This document shows positions 28,835-38,988 of a stretch of 64,000 bases of DNA, one piece after another. Positions within the stretch are counted from its first letter, which is position 1; each line of letters begins with the position of its first letter. The translations under genes and the position numbers were made by a program. The stretch is from Candidatus Bipolaricaulota bacterium (GTDB taxonomy: Bacteria; Bipolaricaulota; Bipolaricaulia; Bipolaricaulales; Bipolaricaulaceae). The notes beneath the pieces are model-generated. The model was not told where the DNA came from. It did not search any database and was given only the letters and a program-made list of their open reading frames with translations. The stretch lies in the NCBI GenBank assembly GCA_938084715.1, contig CALKES010000016.1, positions 1 to 64,000 on the forward strand. The letters are read 5' to 3'.

Positions 28835-29611
28835 ATGAAGGTCGCCACGTTCAACGCCAACTCGGTCCGGTCCCGGCTCCCCCTCCTGGAGGCGTGGCTT
28901 GGGCGGGAGCGGCCCGACGTCCTGTGCCTCCAGGAGACGAAGGTCCAGGACCCCGACTTCCCGGAGAGGTTCTTCCGAGAGCTCGGGTACCACGTGGTGT
29001 TCCGGGGTCAGAAGGCCCACGCCGGGGTGGCGATCGCAAGCCTTGCCGAGCCCACGGACGTCCGGTTCGGCCTCGACGTCGGCGGACCCCCGGATGAAGC
29101 CCGCCTCGTCCGGGCCACGGTGGGGGGGATCCCGGTCGTGAACGTCTACGTCCCCCAGGGCCAGTCCCCCGACTCCCCCCACTTCGCCTACAAGCTCGAG
29201 TGGCTTGGGCGCCTGCGGGACTACCTCGACCGCCACTTCTCCCCCCGCGAGCCCCTCCTCCTCTGCGGGGACCTCAACGTCGCCCCGGAGGAGATCGACG
29301 TCCACGACCCCAAGGGCCTTCGGGACCACGTGGACTTCCACCCGGCGGCCCGGGCGGCCCTGGAGCGGGTCCGCGCCTGGGGGTTCGTGGACGTGTTCCG
29401 CCTCCACCACCCCGGGGAACCCGGGCAGTACACGTTCTGGGACTACCGGGTCCGGGGGGCCCTGGAGCGGAACGTGGGGTGGCGGGTCGACCACATCTGG
29501 GCCACGCCGCCCCTCGCCGAAACGTGCGTCCGGTCCTGGATCGACCGAGAGGCCCGGCGGACGGAGAAGCCCTCCGACCACACGTTCCTCGTCGCGGAGT
29601 TCTCGCTCTAG
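28835..29611 (+). CDS. xth: Exodeoxyribonuclease III
   Basis: MKVATFNANSVRSRL..., LCLQETK, GDLNVAP, SDHTFLVAEF. Confidence 0.9.
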   Translation: MKVATFNANSVRSRLPLLEAWLGRERPDVLCLQETKVQDPDFPERFFRELGYHVVFRGQKAHAGVAIASLAEPTDVRFGLDVGGPPDEARLVRATVGGIPVVNVYVPQGQSPDSPHFAYKLEWLGRLRDYLDRHFSPREPLLLCGDLNVAPEEIDVHDPKGLRDHVDFHPAARAALERVRAWGFVDVFRLHHPGEPGQYTFWDYRVRGALERNVGWRVDHIWATPPLAETCVRSWIDREARRTEKPSDHTFLVAEFSL

Positions 29612-29636
29612 GCCCCTGCGGGGAGAGGGGCGGCGG

Positions 29637-30413
29637 CTAGTAGTGGGCCAAGAGCCCCCGGTCCTTGGCGATCCCCTCGAACACTCGAAACACGGCCACC
29701 CCGACGAGGAGGTAGAACGCCGCCGTCCCCGCCAGGGCCAGGAGGTCCAGGGGCGGGAGGGTCGCGAGGGTCTCCCCATCGGCCATCGCCCGCCCGAGAA
29801 GCCGCGTCCCAAGAGCGAGGGGCAGGGCCTTCCCCCACGGGGCATCGGCGGGTAGGGCGACCAGGGCCACGAACACGAACTGGAGGATCTGGAAAAACGC
29901 CTGGATCCGCTTGTAGACGAGGGCGAGCCCCGCCATCGCAAACCCGATCCCGTACACCGGGGCGACGGTGAGGAGGAGAAGGGGGAGGACCGTCCCCACG
30001 GGGAAGCGCAGGACCCGGCCCGTGGTCAGCATCATGAGCCCAAGGAGGGCGGCGATCCAGACGAGGCTCACCAAAAACGAGGCGACGATCCAGGAGGCGC
30101 TCACGAACCGGAACCCCTGGGGGGACATGTAGAGCTGCTCCAGGGTCCCCTGCTGGGCCTCCCGCATGAGCTCCCAGGAGAGATCGGAGTAGGCGATGAT
30201 CGCAAACGTCCACACGAGGTACCCCACCACGAGCCCCTCCAGGCCCTCGCCGAACAGGTTCACCCCGAGCCCCTGGGCGTACCGGGCCCCGGTGAAGAGG
30301 ATGAGGAACACGATGTAGAGCGTGGCCAGGCTCGACAGGGTGTTGAGGGGGTACCGCTTGAGCTCGATCAGAAACCGCACGACGATCGCCCGAAACGTCC
30401 AGAGGTACCTCAT
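29637..30413 (-). CDS. ABC-2 family transporter permease
   Basis: Six-TM hydrophobic profile; translationally coupled to the upstream ATPase. Confidence 0.75.
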   Translation of the reverse strand: MRYLWTFRAIVVRFLIELKRYPLNTLSSLATLYIVFLILFTGARYAQGLGVNLFGEGLEGLVVGYLVWTFAIIAYSDLSWELMREAQQGTLEQLYMSPQGFRFVSASWIVASFLVSLVWIAALLGLMMLTTGRVLRFPVGTVLPLLLLTVAPVYGIGFAMAGLALVYKRIQAFFQILQFVFVALVALPADAPWGKALPLALGTRLLGRAMADGETLATLPPLDLLALAGTAAFYLLVGVAVFRVFEGIAKDRGLLAHY

Positions 30414-31348
30414 CGCTCCCCCCGCACGATCCGCAGGAACACGTCCTCCAGGTCGGGCTCGACCCGGCTCACCCCGTCTACCGCGACCCCGGCCTCCCGG
30501 AGGGCGTCCATCAGGGCGTAGACGTCCTTCTCCGGCGGGAGCTCGACCTCGAGGGCCCGTTCCCCGTCCAGAGTCCGGAGGGCGGGGAGCTGCGCGGCGA
30601 GCCGGGCCCGGGCCTCCGCGGGAAGTCCATCCCCCAGGCTCACCCGGTACGCCCTCGTTCGGAACAGGGCGAGGAGGTTCGGGACGAGGTCGTCTGCGAC
30701 GACCCGGCCCCGGGCGAGGATGACGACCCGGCGGCAGGTGTCCTCGACCACGCCCATGTCGTGGGAGGAGAGGAGGACCGTTTTCCCCTCGCCCGTGGCG
30801 AGCTCGCGGATCATCCCCCGGAGCTCGTGGCTCGTCTCCACGTCCAACCCCAAGGTCGGCTCGTCGAGGAGGAGGACCGGGGTCCCCTTCACCAGGGCGC
30901 AGGCGAGGGCGAGCTTCTGCTTCATCCCCTGGGAGAGGAGGTTCGCCGTGGTCCGTCGCTTCTCCTCAAGGCCAAAGCGGGCCACGAGCTCGGCGGTCCT
31001 CCGCCGGGCCTCCCGGGGCGGGACCCCCTGGAGCCCGGCGAAGAACCGGAGGTTCTCCTCCACCGAGAGCCGCCAGTACACGTTCCGGGAGCCCTCGAGG
31101 AGGGCGGAGACGTACCGGGCGACCTCAGGCCGGGAGGTAGGGACCCCGAACGCCTCCGCCCGGCCGCCCGTCGGGCGGAGGAGCCCGCACAGGATCTTGA
31201 TGACCGTCGTCTTCCCCGCCCCGTTGGCCCCCAGCAGCCCAACGATCTCCCCCTCCCCGACCCGGAACGAGACCTCCGCGAGGGCCCGCACCGGCCCCTT
31301 CCGGGTCGGGTAGTCCTTCACGAGGTCCGCGACGACCAGGGCGTCCAT
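30410..31348 (-). CDS. ABC transporter ATP-binding protein
   Basis: Walker A GANGAGKTT, signature LSQGMKQKL, Walker B VLLLDEPT, H-loop SSHDM. Confidence 0.88.
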   Translation of the reverse strand: MDALVVADLVKDYPTRKGPVRALAEVSFRVGEGEIVGLLGANGAGKTTVIKILCGLLRPTGGRAEAFGVPTSRPEVARYVSALLEGSRNVYWRLSVEENLRFFAGLQGVPPREARRRTAELVARFGLEEKRRTTANLLSQGMKQKLALACALVKGTPVLLLDEPTLGLDVETSHELRGMIRELATGEGKTVLLSSHDMGVVEDTCRRVVILARGRVVADDLVPNLLALFRTRAYRVSLGDGLPAEARARLAAQLPALRTLDGERALEVELPPEKDVYALMDALREAGVAVDGVSRVEPDLEDVFLRIVRGER

Positions 31349-31397
31349 GGTTCGCCGGTGAGTGCCCCTTCCCCCGCCTCCGGTTCAGCGGGAGGCC

Positions 31398-31769
31398 CTA
31401 GCGGCCCACGTACACGTAGAGGAACCGCTCCGCAGGCCCCCCGAACTCGTAGAAGTAGATCCGCTGATCGTCTCCAAGGACCATCCGCCCCCCCTCGACC
31501 ACCCCCACCTCGGTGGGGGCGACGAAGGCGGCCTTCGTGTGCTGGGGGGCCTCCCGGTCGGGGTTCAGGGCCTCCAGGAACGCGTCGAGCTTGGGGGCCT
31601 CCGGCTCCTCGAGGGCCCGGTGGATGCTCACCGCCGCCGCGTCGTGGGGGACGTAGAGAATCACAAACCCCTCCCGAACCCCGGACTCGGCCACAACCCT
31701 CTGGACCTCGGCCGTGACGTCGTGGGCCTCCTCGCGCGCCGTCGTCGAGACGCGAATCTTCTTGAGCAC
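31398..31769 (-). CDS. YjbQ/UPF0047 family secondary thiamine-phosphate synthase enzyme
   Basis: FVILYVPHDAAAVSI...HTKAAFVAPTEV pattern is typical of YjbQ. Confidence 0.75.
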   Translation of the reverse strand: MLKKIRVSTTAREEAHDVTAEVQRVVAESGVREGFVILYVPHDAAAVSIHRALEEPEAPKLDAFLEALNPDREAPQHTKAAFVAPTEVGVVEGGRMVLGDDQRIYFYEFGGPAERFLYVYVGR

Positions 31770-31861
31770 GTCGCCTCCTTCGACGGCAATCCTACCCCGT
31801 GGGGGTGGTTGACAGGGGCACCCCGGGCGGTAGGCTTCACCGTCTCGTCAGAGGAGCGGAC

Positions 31862-32404
31862 GTGGTCAAACTCGCAGTGCTTGTGGACGTGCAGAACCTG
31901 CAGGAGACGTTTGAGCGGCAGGGGTACGAGGTCCGCTACGACGCCCTCAAGGAGTTCATCAAGCGCCAGCACGGCCTGGACGAGGGGCAGGTGAAGTTCC
32001 TCGCCTTCATCCCCTACCGCCGGGACGACGAACGGCGGATCCGGCTCCTGGACGCCCTTTCGTTCATGGGGTTCCGGGTCGTGGGGAAACCGGTCCGGGA
32101 GCACGCCGACGGGGGGATGAAGGCGAACATGGATACCGAGCTCGTCCTGGAGGCGGTGAACCTGATGCCCAGCGTGGACGGGTTCGTCCTGGTCACCGGG
32201 GACTCCGACTTCGTGGCCCTTGTGGACCACCTGAGCCGCCATGGGAAGCGGATCACCGTCCTCGGCCCGGGCCGCGGTTCGACCTCGGTGGAGCTCATCC
32301 GGGCTGCCGACCACTTCCAGAACTTGGACGAGATCCCCGGCGTGGTCCTCGCCCGGTTCGCCCAGGAGCCGGCCCCCACCAACGGGCCTCGCCCCGAGCT
32401 CTAG
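31862..32404 (+). CDS. NYN (LabA-like PIN-fold) domain protein
   Basis: KLAVLVDVQN...MDTELVLEAVNL...DGFVLVTGDSDFVALVDHL carries the NYN acidic residues. GTG start at 31862. Confidence 0.7.
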   Translation: MVKLAVLVDVQNLQETFERQGYEVRYDALKEFIKRQHGLDEGQVKFLAFIPYRRDDERRIRLLDALSFMGFRVVGKPVREHADGGMKANMDTELVLEAVNLMPSVDGFVLVTGDSDFVALVDHLSRHGKRITVLGPGRGSTSVELIRAADHFQNLDEIPGVVLARFAQEPAPTNGPRPEL

Positions 32405-33261
32405 CTTCCCCCGTCGGCGGGAGCCCAAGCCCCCTGGTTCAACCCCGCCCGGTGGGCGGCCAGCCACGATGCCAGGTCTTCCCAGGCCCTCTCCTTCCCA
32501 AGCTCGTTCAGGACCTCGTGGCGGAAGCCGCCGTACACGTGGAGCGTCTTGTCCGCGGAGCCCGCCTGGGCTACGAGCTGCCGCGAGGCGTGGGGGCTGG
32601 CCACCGCATCGGCCTCCCCGTGGAGGACGAGGAGGGGAAGCCCTAGCTTCGGCGCCTGGGCGAGGGCCTCGCGTTGGGCCTTGAGGACCGCGGCGAACCA
32701 GCGGGCGGTGGCGCGCCTAAACACGAGGGGGTCCCGGTCGTAGGCCGCGGCGACCTCCGGGTCGCGGCTCGCCAGCTCCCCCCGGAGGCCGCTGGGGGTG
32801 GAGAACGTGGGCCAAAGCTGCGACAGGGCGGGGGCCAGGATGAGCTTCCACCGCGGGGTGGGCAGCGCCAGCTCGAGAAACGGGGCACTCAGGACGAGGC
32901 CGGCGAGCTCTGCCCCGGTCTCCTGAACGTACCGGAGGGCGATCAGGCCGCCGAGGGAGTGGCCGAGGAGGAAGACCGGCTGCCCCCCAGCCTGGTGGGC
33001 GACGAAGGCGTAGAGGGCGGCGACGTCGTGGAGGTAGTCGTCGAAGGATCGGACGTGGCCCCGGCGGCCCGGGCTCCGTCCGTGGCCCCGGAGGTCGCAG
33101 GAGGCCACGCTCCAGCCCCGGGCGCTGAGCCAGCGGGCCAGCGCCTCGTACCGACCGGAGTGCTCCCCGTAGCCGTGGACGACCGCGACCCAACCCCTCC
33201 CGGCGGCGGGCCACACGCTGAGCTGAAGTTCCGTTCCGTCCGCAGTGCGGAGGGTCGCCAT
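32401..33261 (-). CDS. Alpha/beta hydrolase (lysophospholipase / monoacylglycerol lipase-like)
   Basis: VHGYGEHSGRY, nucleophile elbow GHSLGG, and a C-terminal LHG.AD...H pattern. Confidence 0.8.
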   Translation of the reverse strand: MATLRTADGTELQLSVWPAAGRGWVAVVHGYGEHSGRYEALARWLSARGWSVASCDLRGHGRSPGRRGHVRSFDDYLHDVAALYAFVAHQAGGQPVFLLGHSLGGLIALRYVQETGAELAGLVLSAPFLELALPTPRWKLILAPALSQLWPTFSTPSGLRGELASRDPEVAAAYDRDPLVFRRATARWFAAVLKAQREALAQAPKLGLPLLVLHGEADAVASPHASRQLVAQAGSADKTLHVYGGFRHEVLNELGKERAWEDLASWLAAHRAGLNQGAWAPADGGS

Positions 33262-33325
33262 CGACGGCCGATTCTACCCCTCGGGAGTTCTTGGCGGCCG
33301 TGGACCCCCTGTCTACAATGATCCC

Positions 33326-34648
33326 ATGAGGCTGCGGTTGGTTCTCGGCGTGGCCCTTGTGGGGATCGCCCTCTCGACCCTGGGGGCCGAGGTGTGGGTC
33401 CTGCGGATCGACGGGGAGATCGGCCGGGGGACGGTGTCCTACCTCCGGAAGGGCCTGGCCGAGGCGGAGGGGGCGGGGGCGGCGGCCGTGGTCGTGGAGT
33501 TCACCACCCCCGGGGGCTACCTCGACGCCGCGATCTCCTGCCGGGACCTGATCCTCGGCGCTGGGGTTCGGACGATCGCCTACGTGAACCGGGAGGCCTA
33601 CTCCGCGGGGGCGCTCCTGGCCCTTGCCTGCGAGCGGATCTACTTCGCCCCGGGCGGGGTCATGGGGGCGGCAACCCCGATCTACTTCGACGCCTCGGGC
33701 CAGGTGCGGACCGCGCCGGAGAAGACGATGTCCGCGGTGCGGGCCCTGTTCCGGGCCACGGCCGAGGACCGGGGAAGGGACCCCCGCGTGGCCGAGGCGA
33801 TGGTGGACCCGGAGGTCGAGGTGCCCGGCCTCGTCGAGCGGGGGAAGCTCCTCACCCTCACCGCCCGGTCCGCCGCCGGCTGGGGGTACTCCGACGGGGA
33901 CGCGGCGACGCTCGACCTCGTCCTCGAGCTAGTGGGCTTAGGGAAGGCCACCGTCCGGGAGTTCTCCCCGCGGTGGGTGGACGCGGCGGTCACGACGCTC
34001 ACCGCGCCCGGACTGGCCGCCCTCCTCATCGCCGTCGGCGTCCTGGGCCTCCTGTGGGAGGTCCTCACCCCGGGGTTCGGGCTCCCCGGGGCCGTGGGCC
34101 TGGGGGCGCTCGCCCTCTTCTTCTGGGCCCACTACCTGGCCGGGCTCGCCGGCTGGGAGACGATCGTCCTCCTCGTCGCCGGGATCGTGGCGATTGTGCT
34201 GGAGATCTTCGTCTTCACCGCCACCGACTTTGGGCTCGCCGGGATCGCGGGGCTTGTGCTCATCGGGCTTGGCCTGTACCGAGGGATGACCGGGCCGTTC
34301 ACGGACCCGGCCCAGGCCACGACCGCCCTGGCCGTGGTCACGGTGGTTCTGCTCGGGAGCATCGTGGTCTCCGCCGTGATCCTGGCCCGGCTGCCCCGGT
34401 CGCGGCTCAGGCTCGGGGGAACGATCCTCCAGGAGGCGATCCTCGGCCGGGCCACCGAACCCTCCCCGGGGTGGGTTGGTCGGACCGGGGTTGCCCTCAC
34501 CGACCTGCGGCCGGCCGGGAGCGCCGACTTCGCCGGGGAGCGGCTGGACGTGGTGGCCGAAGGGGCGTTCATCCCCAAGGGGACAGCCGTCGTGATCGTG
34601 CGGGACGAGGGCTACCGCAAGGTCGTCCGCCCCGCCAAGGAGGGCTAG
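33326..34648 (+). CDS. nfeD: NfeD-family membrane-bound ClpP-class serine protease
   Basis: An N-terminal ClpP/crotonase-like domain, a central multi-TM region, and a C-terminal OB-fold (GSADFAGERLDVVAEGAFIPKGTAVVIV). Confidence 0.85.
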   Translation: MRLRLVLGVALVGIALSTLGAEVWVLRIDGEIGRGTVSYLRKGLAEAEGAGAAAVVVEFTTPGGYLDAAISCRDLILGAGVRTIAYVNREAYSAGALLALACERIYFAPGGVMGAATPIYFDASGQVRTAPEKTMSAVRALFRATAEDRGRDPRVAEAMVDPEVEVPGLVERGKLLTLTARSAAGWGYSDGDAATLDLVLELVGLGKATVREFSPRWVDAAVTTLTAPGLAALLIAVGVLGLLWEVLTPGFGLPGAVGLGALALFFWAHYLAGLAGWETIVLLVAGIVAIVLEIFVFTATDFGLAGIAGLVLIGLGLYRGMTGPFTDPAQATTALAVVTVVLLGSIVVSAVILARLPRSRLRLGGTILQEAILGRATEPSPGWVGRTGVALTDLRPAGSADFAGERLDVVAEGAFIPKGTAVVIVRDEGYRKVVRPAKEG

Positions 34649-35650
34649 ATGGAAGGGATAGGTCTGTACGTGCTCATCGGGCTTGCAGTGGTGGTCCTGT
34701 GGCTCTTCTTCTACTTCGTCCCGGTGGGGCTGTGGGTGTCCGCCCTCGCCGCTGGGGTCCCGGTGGGGCCAGTCACGTTCATCGGGATGCGCCTGCGGAA
34801 GGTGAACCCCCACCGGGTCATCATGCCGATGATCGCGGCGTGGAAGGCGGGGATCAAGCTCACCACCTCGGAGCTGGAGGCCCACTACCTGGCGGGGGGG
34901 AACGTGGAGCGGGTGGTGCGGGCCCTCATCTCGGCCGACAAGGCGGGGATCGCCTTGGGCTTCCAGCGCGCCGCGGCGATCGACCTCGCGGGCCGGGACG
35001 TCTACGACGCGGTGGCAATGAGCGTGAACCCCCGGGTGATCGAGACCCCGAAGGTCGCCGCGGTGGCCAAGGACGGGATCGAGCTCCTTGCCATCGCCAA
35101 GATCACCGTCCGGGCCAACATCGAGCGCCTCGTGGGCGGAGCCACCGAGGCCACCGTGATCGCCCGGGTGGGGGAGGGGATTGTGTCTGCCATCGGCTCG
35201 GCCAACTCCCACAAGGAGGTCCTCGAGAACCCGGACTCGATCTCGAAGCTTGTCCTGTCCAAGGGGCTCGACGCCGGGACGGCGTTTGAGATCCTGTCCA
35301 TTGACATTGCGGATGTGGACGTGGGGCGGAACATCGGGGCCGAGCTCCAGACGGCCCAGGCCGAGGCCGACCTCAAGGTGGCGCGGGCCAAGGCCGAGGA
35401 GCGGCGGGCGATGGCAATCGCCCGGGAGCAGGAGATGGTGGCCCTGACCCAGGAGCGGCGGGCGGCGGTGGTGGAGGCCGAGGCCGAGATCCCCCGGGCG
35501 ATTGCCGAGGCGTTCCGGAAGGGGAACCTGGGGGTCATGGACTACTACCGACTGCGGAACATCCAGGCCGACACAGCGATGCGCGAGGGGATCGCTAGAC
35601 CCGAGGAGAAGCGGCACGGCCCGGAGGAGCCGCCGGGGGGGAAGCGGTGA
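34649..35650 (+). CDS. floA: Flotillin-like protein FloA (UPF0365/YqfA)
   Basis: [17 protein letters not shown]..., [36 protein letters not shown]. Starts 1 nt after nfeD ends. Confidence 0.88.
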   Translation: MEGIGLYVLIGLAVVVLWLFFYFVPVGLWVSALAAGVPVGPVTFIGMRLRKVNPHRVIMPMIAAWKAGIKLTTSELEAHYLAGGNVERVVRALISADKAGIALGFQRAAAIDLAGRDVYDAVAMSVNPRVIETPKVAAVAKDGIELLAIAKITVRANIERLVGGATEATVIARVGEGIVSAIGSANSHKEVLENPDSISKLVLSKGLDAGTAFEILSIDIADVDVGRNIGAELQTAQAEADLKVARAKAEERRAMAIAREQEMVALTQERRAAVVEAEAEIPRAIAEAFRKGNLGVMDYYRLRNIQADTAMREGIARPEEKRHGPEEPPGGKR

Positions 35651-35929
35651 GCGAGGGCACAAGGGAGAAGATCCGGGACCTCCTCCGGTGCGACCCGCGG
35701 CTGGCGATCCTCCTCGGGGAGATCCTCGGGCCGCCGCTTGGTGCTCCGGACGCCCCCGTCCGACCCTGGGAGGGTGGGTAAACGCGCAGTATCCGCCCCG
35801 GTGGACCTTTCCAGGGCTCCGCGGGTTCTCCACAGGTCCCCCGCAGGGCCTCTACGGGGAAGATGGATGATCCGGGCGTGTAGGATGCCTAGCCCGCTTC
35901 CCTACCATCCTCCAGAAGGAGATGCGCAC

Positions 35930-35962
35930 GAGGGGCCCCGGGAGGGGCCCCTCCCACTTTTC
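35930..35962 (+). terminator. Putative intrinsic terminator
   Basis: A 10-bp GC stem GAGGGGCCCC / GGGGCCCCTC with loop GGGA, followed by CCACTTTTCCC. Confidence 0.4.
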
Positions 35963-35979
35963 CCGACACCCGATCCGCG

Positions 35980-37182
35980 CTAGCTCTTCCGACCCGCCGG
36001 CGTGCGGGTGAGGGCCGGACAGCACAGCCCACCTGTCCCACTACGGGCGAAAAGGAGGACCGCCCCCGCGGCCCCGACCACGCCCACCGTGGCCCCGAAG
36101 TACATCGGGGCCGCCACGCCCCCGAGGTCGAACGCAAGCCCGGCCGCAATGGGCCCGAGCGCCTGTCCAACCGCGAACGCGGAGTTCTGAATTCCGGCGA
36201 GGGCCCCCATCCCATGGGACCGCCCCACCTCGGTCCGGATCGCGAGGACCGACGCCCGCCCCAGCGCGCTCCCCACCCCCATCAGGGTCGAGAGGACCAC
36301 CACCCCCCACAGGCTTGGGACGAGGGGCACGAAGAACATCGGGATCGGGGAGAGGAGGCCTCCGAGGGCAATCTGGGGGAGCCTCCGGAACCGGTCGGCT
36401 AGGTACCCAAACGGGATTTGGAACAGCCCCTCCCCAAGAAGGTACCCGGTGAGGACGAGGCCGATCTTGGACTCGCTGTGGCCGAAGCTCGCCGCGAGGA
36501 GAGGCCAAAACGAGTTGAACGACTGCCGCCACAGCCCCCGGGTGGCGAAGTAGGCGATGATCCCCAGTACTGCCGGGGAGCGGAGGGCCGCCCGCACGTT
36601 CGGCGCAGCCCTGGGCGTGCTCCCCTTCACCCCCCTCCGGTCGTCGGGAACCCACCGCGCCACGCCAAGGAGGGCGACGAGGGACAGCGTCCCCATGGCG
36701 TAAAACGGGGCCTCAAGGGACCATCCCTCGACGAGGTACCCCCCGACAAGGGGCCCGAGGGCCATCCCGATGAACATTGAGGCGTAGAAGAGGTTCGTGA
36801 TCCGCCCCTCCTTCCCCGGAGGGGTGAGGTCCCCCACGTAGGCCTGGGCGATGGGGGTGACGAGGATCGACCCTACCCCGTGGAGGAGCCGGAACAGCCC
36901 CATCTGCCACAGGTTCTGGGCAACGATGTAAAGGACAGAGACAACAGCGTACAGGCCAAGGCCCCAGACGATGATCCTCTTCCGACCGATCCGGTCCGAG
37001 ACGGCCCCGGCAACGGGGCCGAGGAGAAAGCGGGAGACGCTGAACGCGGCGAACACCGCCCCCACGGCCACGCCCCCCGCCCCGAAGGAGCGGATGTAGA
37101 GGGGCATGATCGGGGAGATGACCCCCATCCCTATCATCGCCACCGAGACGGCGATGAACAACGGGACGAACGCCGCAAGCAT
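35980..37182 (-). CDS. MFS transporter
   Basis: 12 TM and MFS motif GAVSDRIGRKRII. Start chosen at MLAAF. Confidence 0.75.
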   Translation of the reverse strand: MLAAFVPLFIAVSVAMIGMGVISPIMPLYIRSFGAGGVAVGAVFAAFSVSRFLLGPVAGAVSDRIGRKRIIVWGLGLYAVVSVLYIVAQNLWQMGLFRLLHGVGSILVTPIAQAYVGDLTPPGKEGRITNLFYASMFIGMALGPLVGGYLVEGWSLEAPFYAMGTLSLVALLGVARWVPDDRRGVKGSTPRAAPNVRAALRSPAVLGIIAYFATRGLWRQSFNSFWPLLAASFGHSESKIGLVLTGYLLGEGLFQIPFGYLADRFRRLPQIALGGLLSPIPMFFVPLVPSLWGVVVLSTLMGVGSALGRASVLAIRTEVGRSHGMGALAGIQNSAFAVGQALGPIAAGLAFDLGGVAAPMYFGATVGVVGAAGAVLLFARSGTGGLCCPALTRTPAGRKS

Positions 37183-37233
37183 AAGGGGTGAAGGATACCG
37201 AATCCCCGCCAAGGGGGCGAAACCTGACCGGAC

Positions 37234-37848
37234 TCAGCCCTGCGGGGACGGGGGGCGGAGGAGGGCCCAGCCCGTGAGGGGGGTGCCGGGGATGGGCGAA
37301 CTCTCCACCACTCGAAAGCCAAAGTGTTCGTACATCGGAACGGCGTCGGGGTTCACCGTGTCCACGTAGCAGGGCCTCCCCTCCCGGTCGAGGCGGGAGA
37401 GGACCGGGCGCAGAAGCTGGCCGGCGTAGCCCTTTCCCTGGCAGTCCGGCCGCACGCCGAGGATGAAGAGGAACACGTGCCCGGGAGGAGCGAGGCGGTG
37501 GTGGAGCTCGTCCAGGTAAGCACCGGCTGTTCGGAGGCGGCTTCCCCCGTAGCGGCCCACCGCAAGGAACGTCCGGAGGGGGACGGCGCGCAGGGCCTTG
37601 CCCAGCCTCATCGGGAAGTGCTCCCCCGGGAGCCAGGCCGCAACCCCTTCGAACCTGCCCGTGGCGTAGACCTTCCCCCACCGGAGGGCGTAGTGGACGG
37701 CCACAGCGCAGAACGCCCGGGCCAGGCGCCGCCGCTTCCCCGGATCCGGGGCAGCGTGGACGAGGAGGAGGTAGTCCTCAAACGCCTCGGCGAGGGTCTT
37801 CACCGCCGGTTCCACCCTAGACCGGTCGACGGGCAGAAGATCGGTCAT
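37234..37848 (-). CDS. GNAT family N-acetyltransferase
   Basis: Acetyl-CoA binding region QGKGYAGQLL. Start at ATG 37848 (M23 of the track ORF). Confidence 0.7.
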   Translation of the reverse strand: MTDLLPVDRSRVEPAVKTLAEAFEDYLLLVHAAPDPGKRRRLARAFCAVAVHYALRWGKVYATGRFEGVAAWLPGEHFPMRLGKALRAVPLRTFLAVGRYGGSRLRTAGAYLDELHHRLAPPGHVFLFILGVRPDCQGKGYAGQLLRPVLSRLDREGRPCYVDTVNPDAVPMYEHFGFRVVESSPIPGTPLTGWALLRPPSPQG

Positions 37849-37938
37849 CGCCCGTGACCTTCCCTCCTCGAGCCGACGAACTCCAGGGGCGGCGGGGTCG
37901 CGATCGGGTACCATGTTCGTTCAACCAAGGAGGCGATC

Positions 37939-38979
37939 GTGGGGAGAGCGAACGTGTGGATCGAGCGGTTTGAGCCGGAACGCGCCTGGGCCGAGGTCTG
38001 GCGCTCCTTCCACCGGCTCTCCAACGCGATCCGCGCCGAGTGGTGGCCGGACTGGCCCCCGCGCCCCCTTCCCGTCTTACGGCGAAACCTCCTCGCGGTT
38101 CCGCCCGTGTGGGGCTTGCGGTGGTGGGTCGCCTGGCGCCGGGGCGAGCTCGTGGGAGGAGCGGAGCTCGAGCTGAGCACGACCCCGGAGAACCGGCACC
38201 TCGCGTGGTGCGACGTCTACGTCCACCCCGACCACCGAGGGAAGGGGATCGGGACAACGCTCCTCAAGACCGTGGCAGAGGTGGCCCGCGAGGATGGCCG
38301 CAGGCTCCTCACCTTCGCCACCGCGGCCACCGCACCCGCGGGGGAGGCGTTTGCCCGGAGGCTTGGCGCCAAGCCTGGGCTCGTGAACCACACGAACCGG
38401 CTGCGGATCTCGGACGTGGCCCCCGCGCTCCTCCGCGCCTGGATCGAGGGGGCGCCCCGGGATGAGTTCTCCCTAGGCTTCTGGGAGGGCCCGTACCCGG
38501 AGGAGGACCTCGCCGAGGTCTGCCGCATGCACGAGGTGATGAACACCGCCCCGCGGGGAGAGCTTGAGATGGAGGACTTCCACTGGACCCCCGAGCTCAT
38601 CCGCGAGCAGGAGGAATCCCTTCGCAAGCGGGGCGTGGTGCGGTGGACGGTCTACGCCCGTCATCGGGCCACAGGCCGGATTGCCGGGTTCACCGAGGTT
38701 GCCTGGGACCCAGGCGAACCGGAGATCCTCCACCAGTGGGGGACCGGGGTGTTCCCCGAGTTCCGGGGGCACGGCCTGGGGAAGTGGCTCAAGGCGGACA
38801 TGCTCGGGCGTGTCCTCGCCGGGAGGCCAGAGGTGAAGTTCGTGGTCACGGGGAACGCGGGGTCCAACGCCCCGATGCTCAAGATCAACCACGAGCTGGG
38901 GTTCCGCCTCTACAACACGGTCACCCTGTGGCAGCTTCCGGTGGAGGAGGCCCTCGCCTATGCCCGGGTTCGAAGTTGA
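37939..38979 (+). CDS. Tandem double-GNAT acetyltransferase (MshD-like two-domain architecture)
   Basis: Two acetyl-CoA motifs: HRGKGIGTTLL and FRGHGLGKWL. Confidence 0.65.
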   Translation: MGRANVWIERFEPERAWAEVWRSFHRLSNAIRAEWWPDWPPRPLPVLRRNLLAVPPVWGLRWWVAWRRGELVGGAELELSTTPENRHLAWCDVYVHPDHRGKGIGTTLLKTVAEVAREDGRRLLTFATAATAPAGEAFARRLGAKPGLVNHTNRLRISDVAPALLRAWIEGAPRDEFSLGFWEGPYPEEDLAEVCRMHEVMNTAPRGELEMEDFHWTPELIREQEESLRKRGVVRWTVYARHRATGRIAGFTEVAWDPGEPEILHQWGTGVFPEFRGHGLGKWLKADMLGRVLAGRPEVKFVVTGNAGSNAPMLKINHELGFRLYNTVTLWQLPVEEALAYARVRS

Positions 38980-38988
38980 GGAGGAGAG

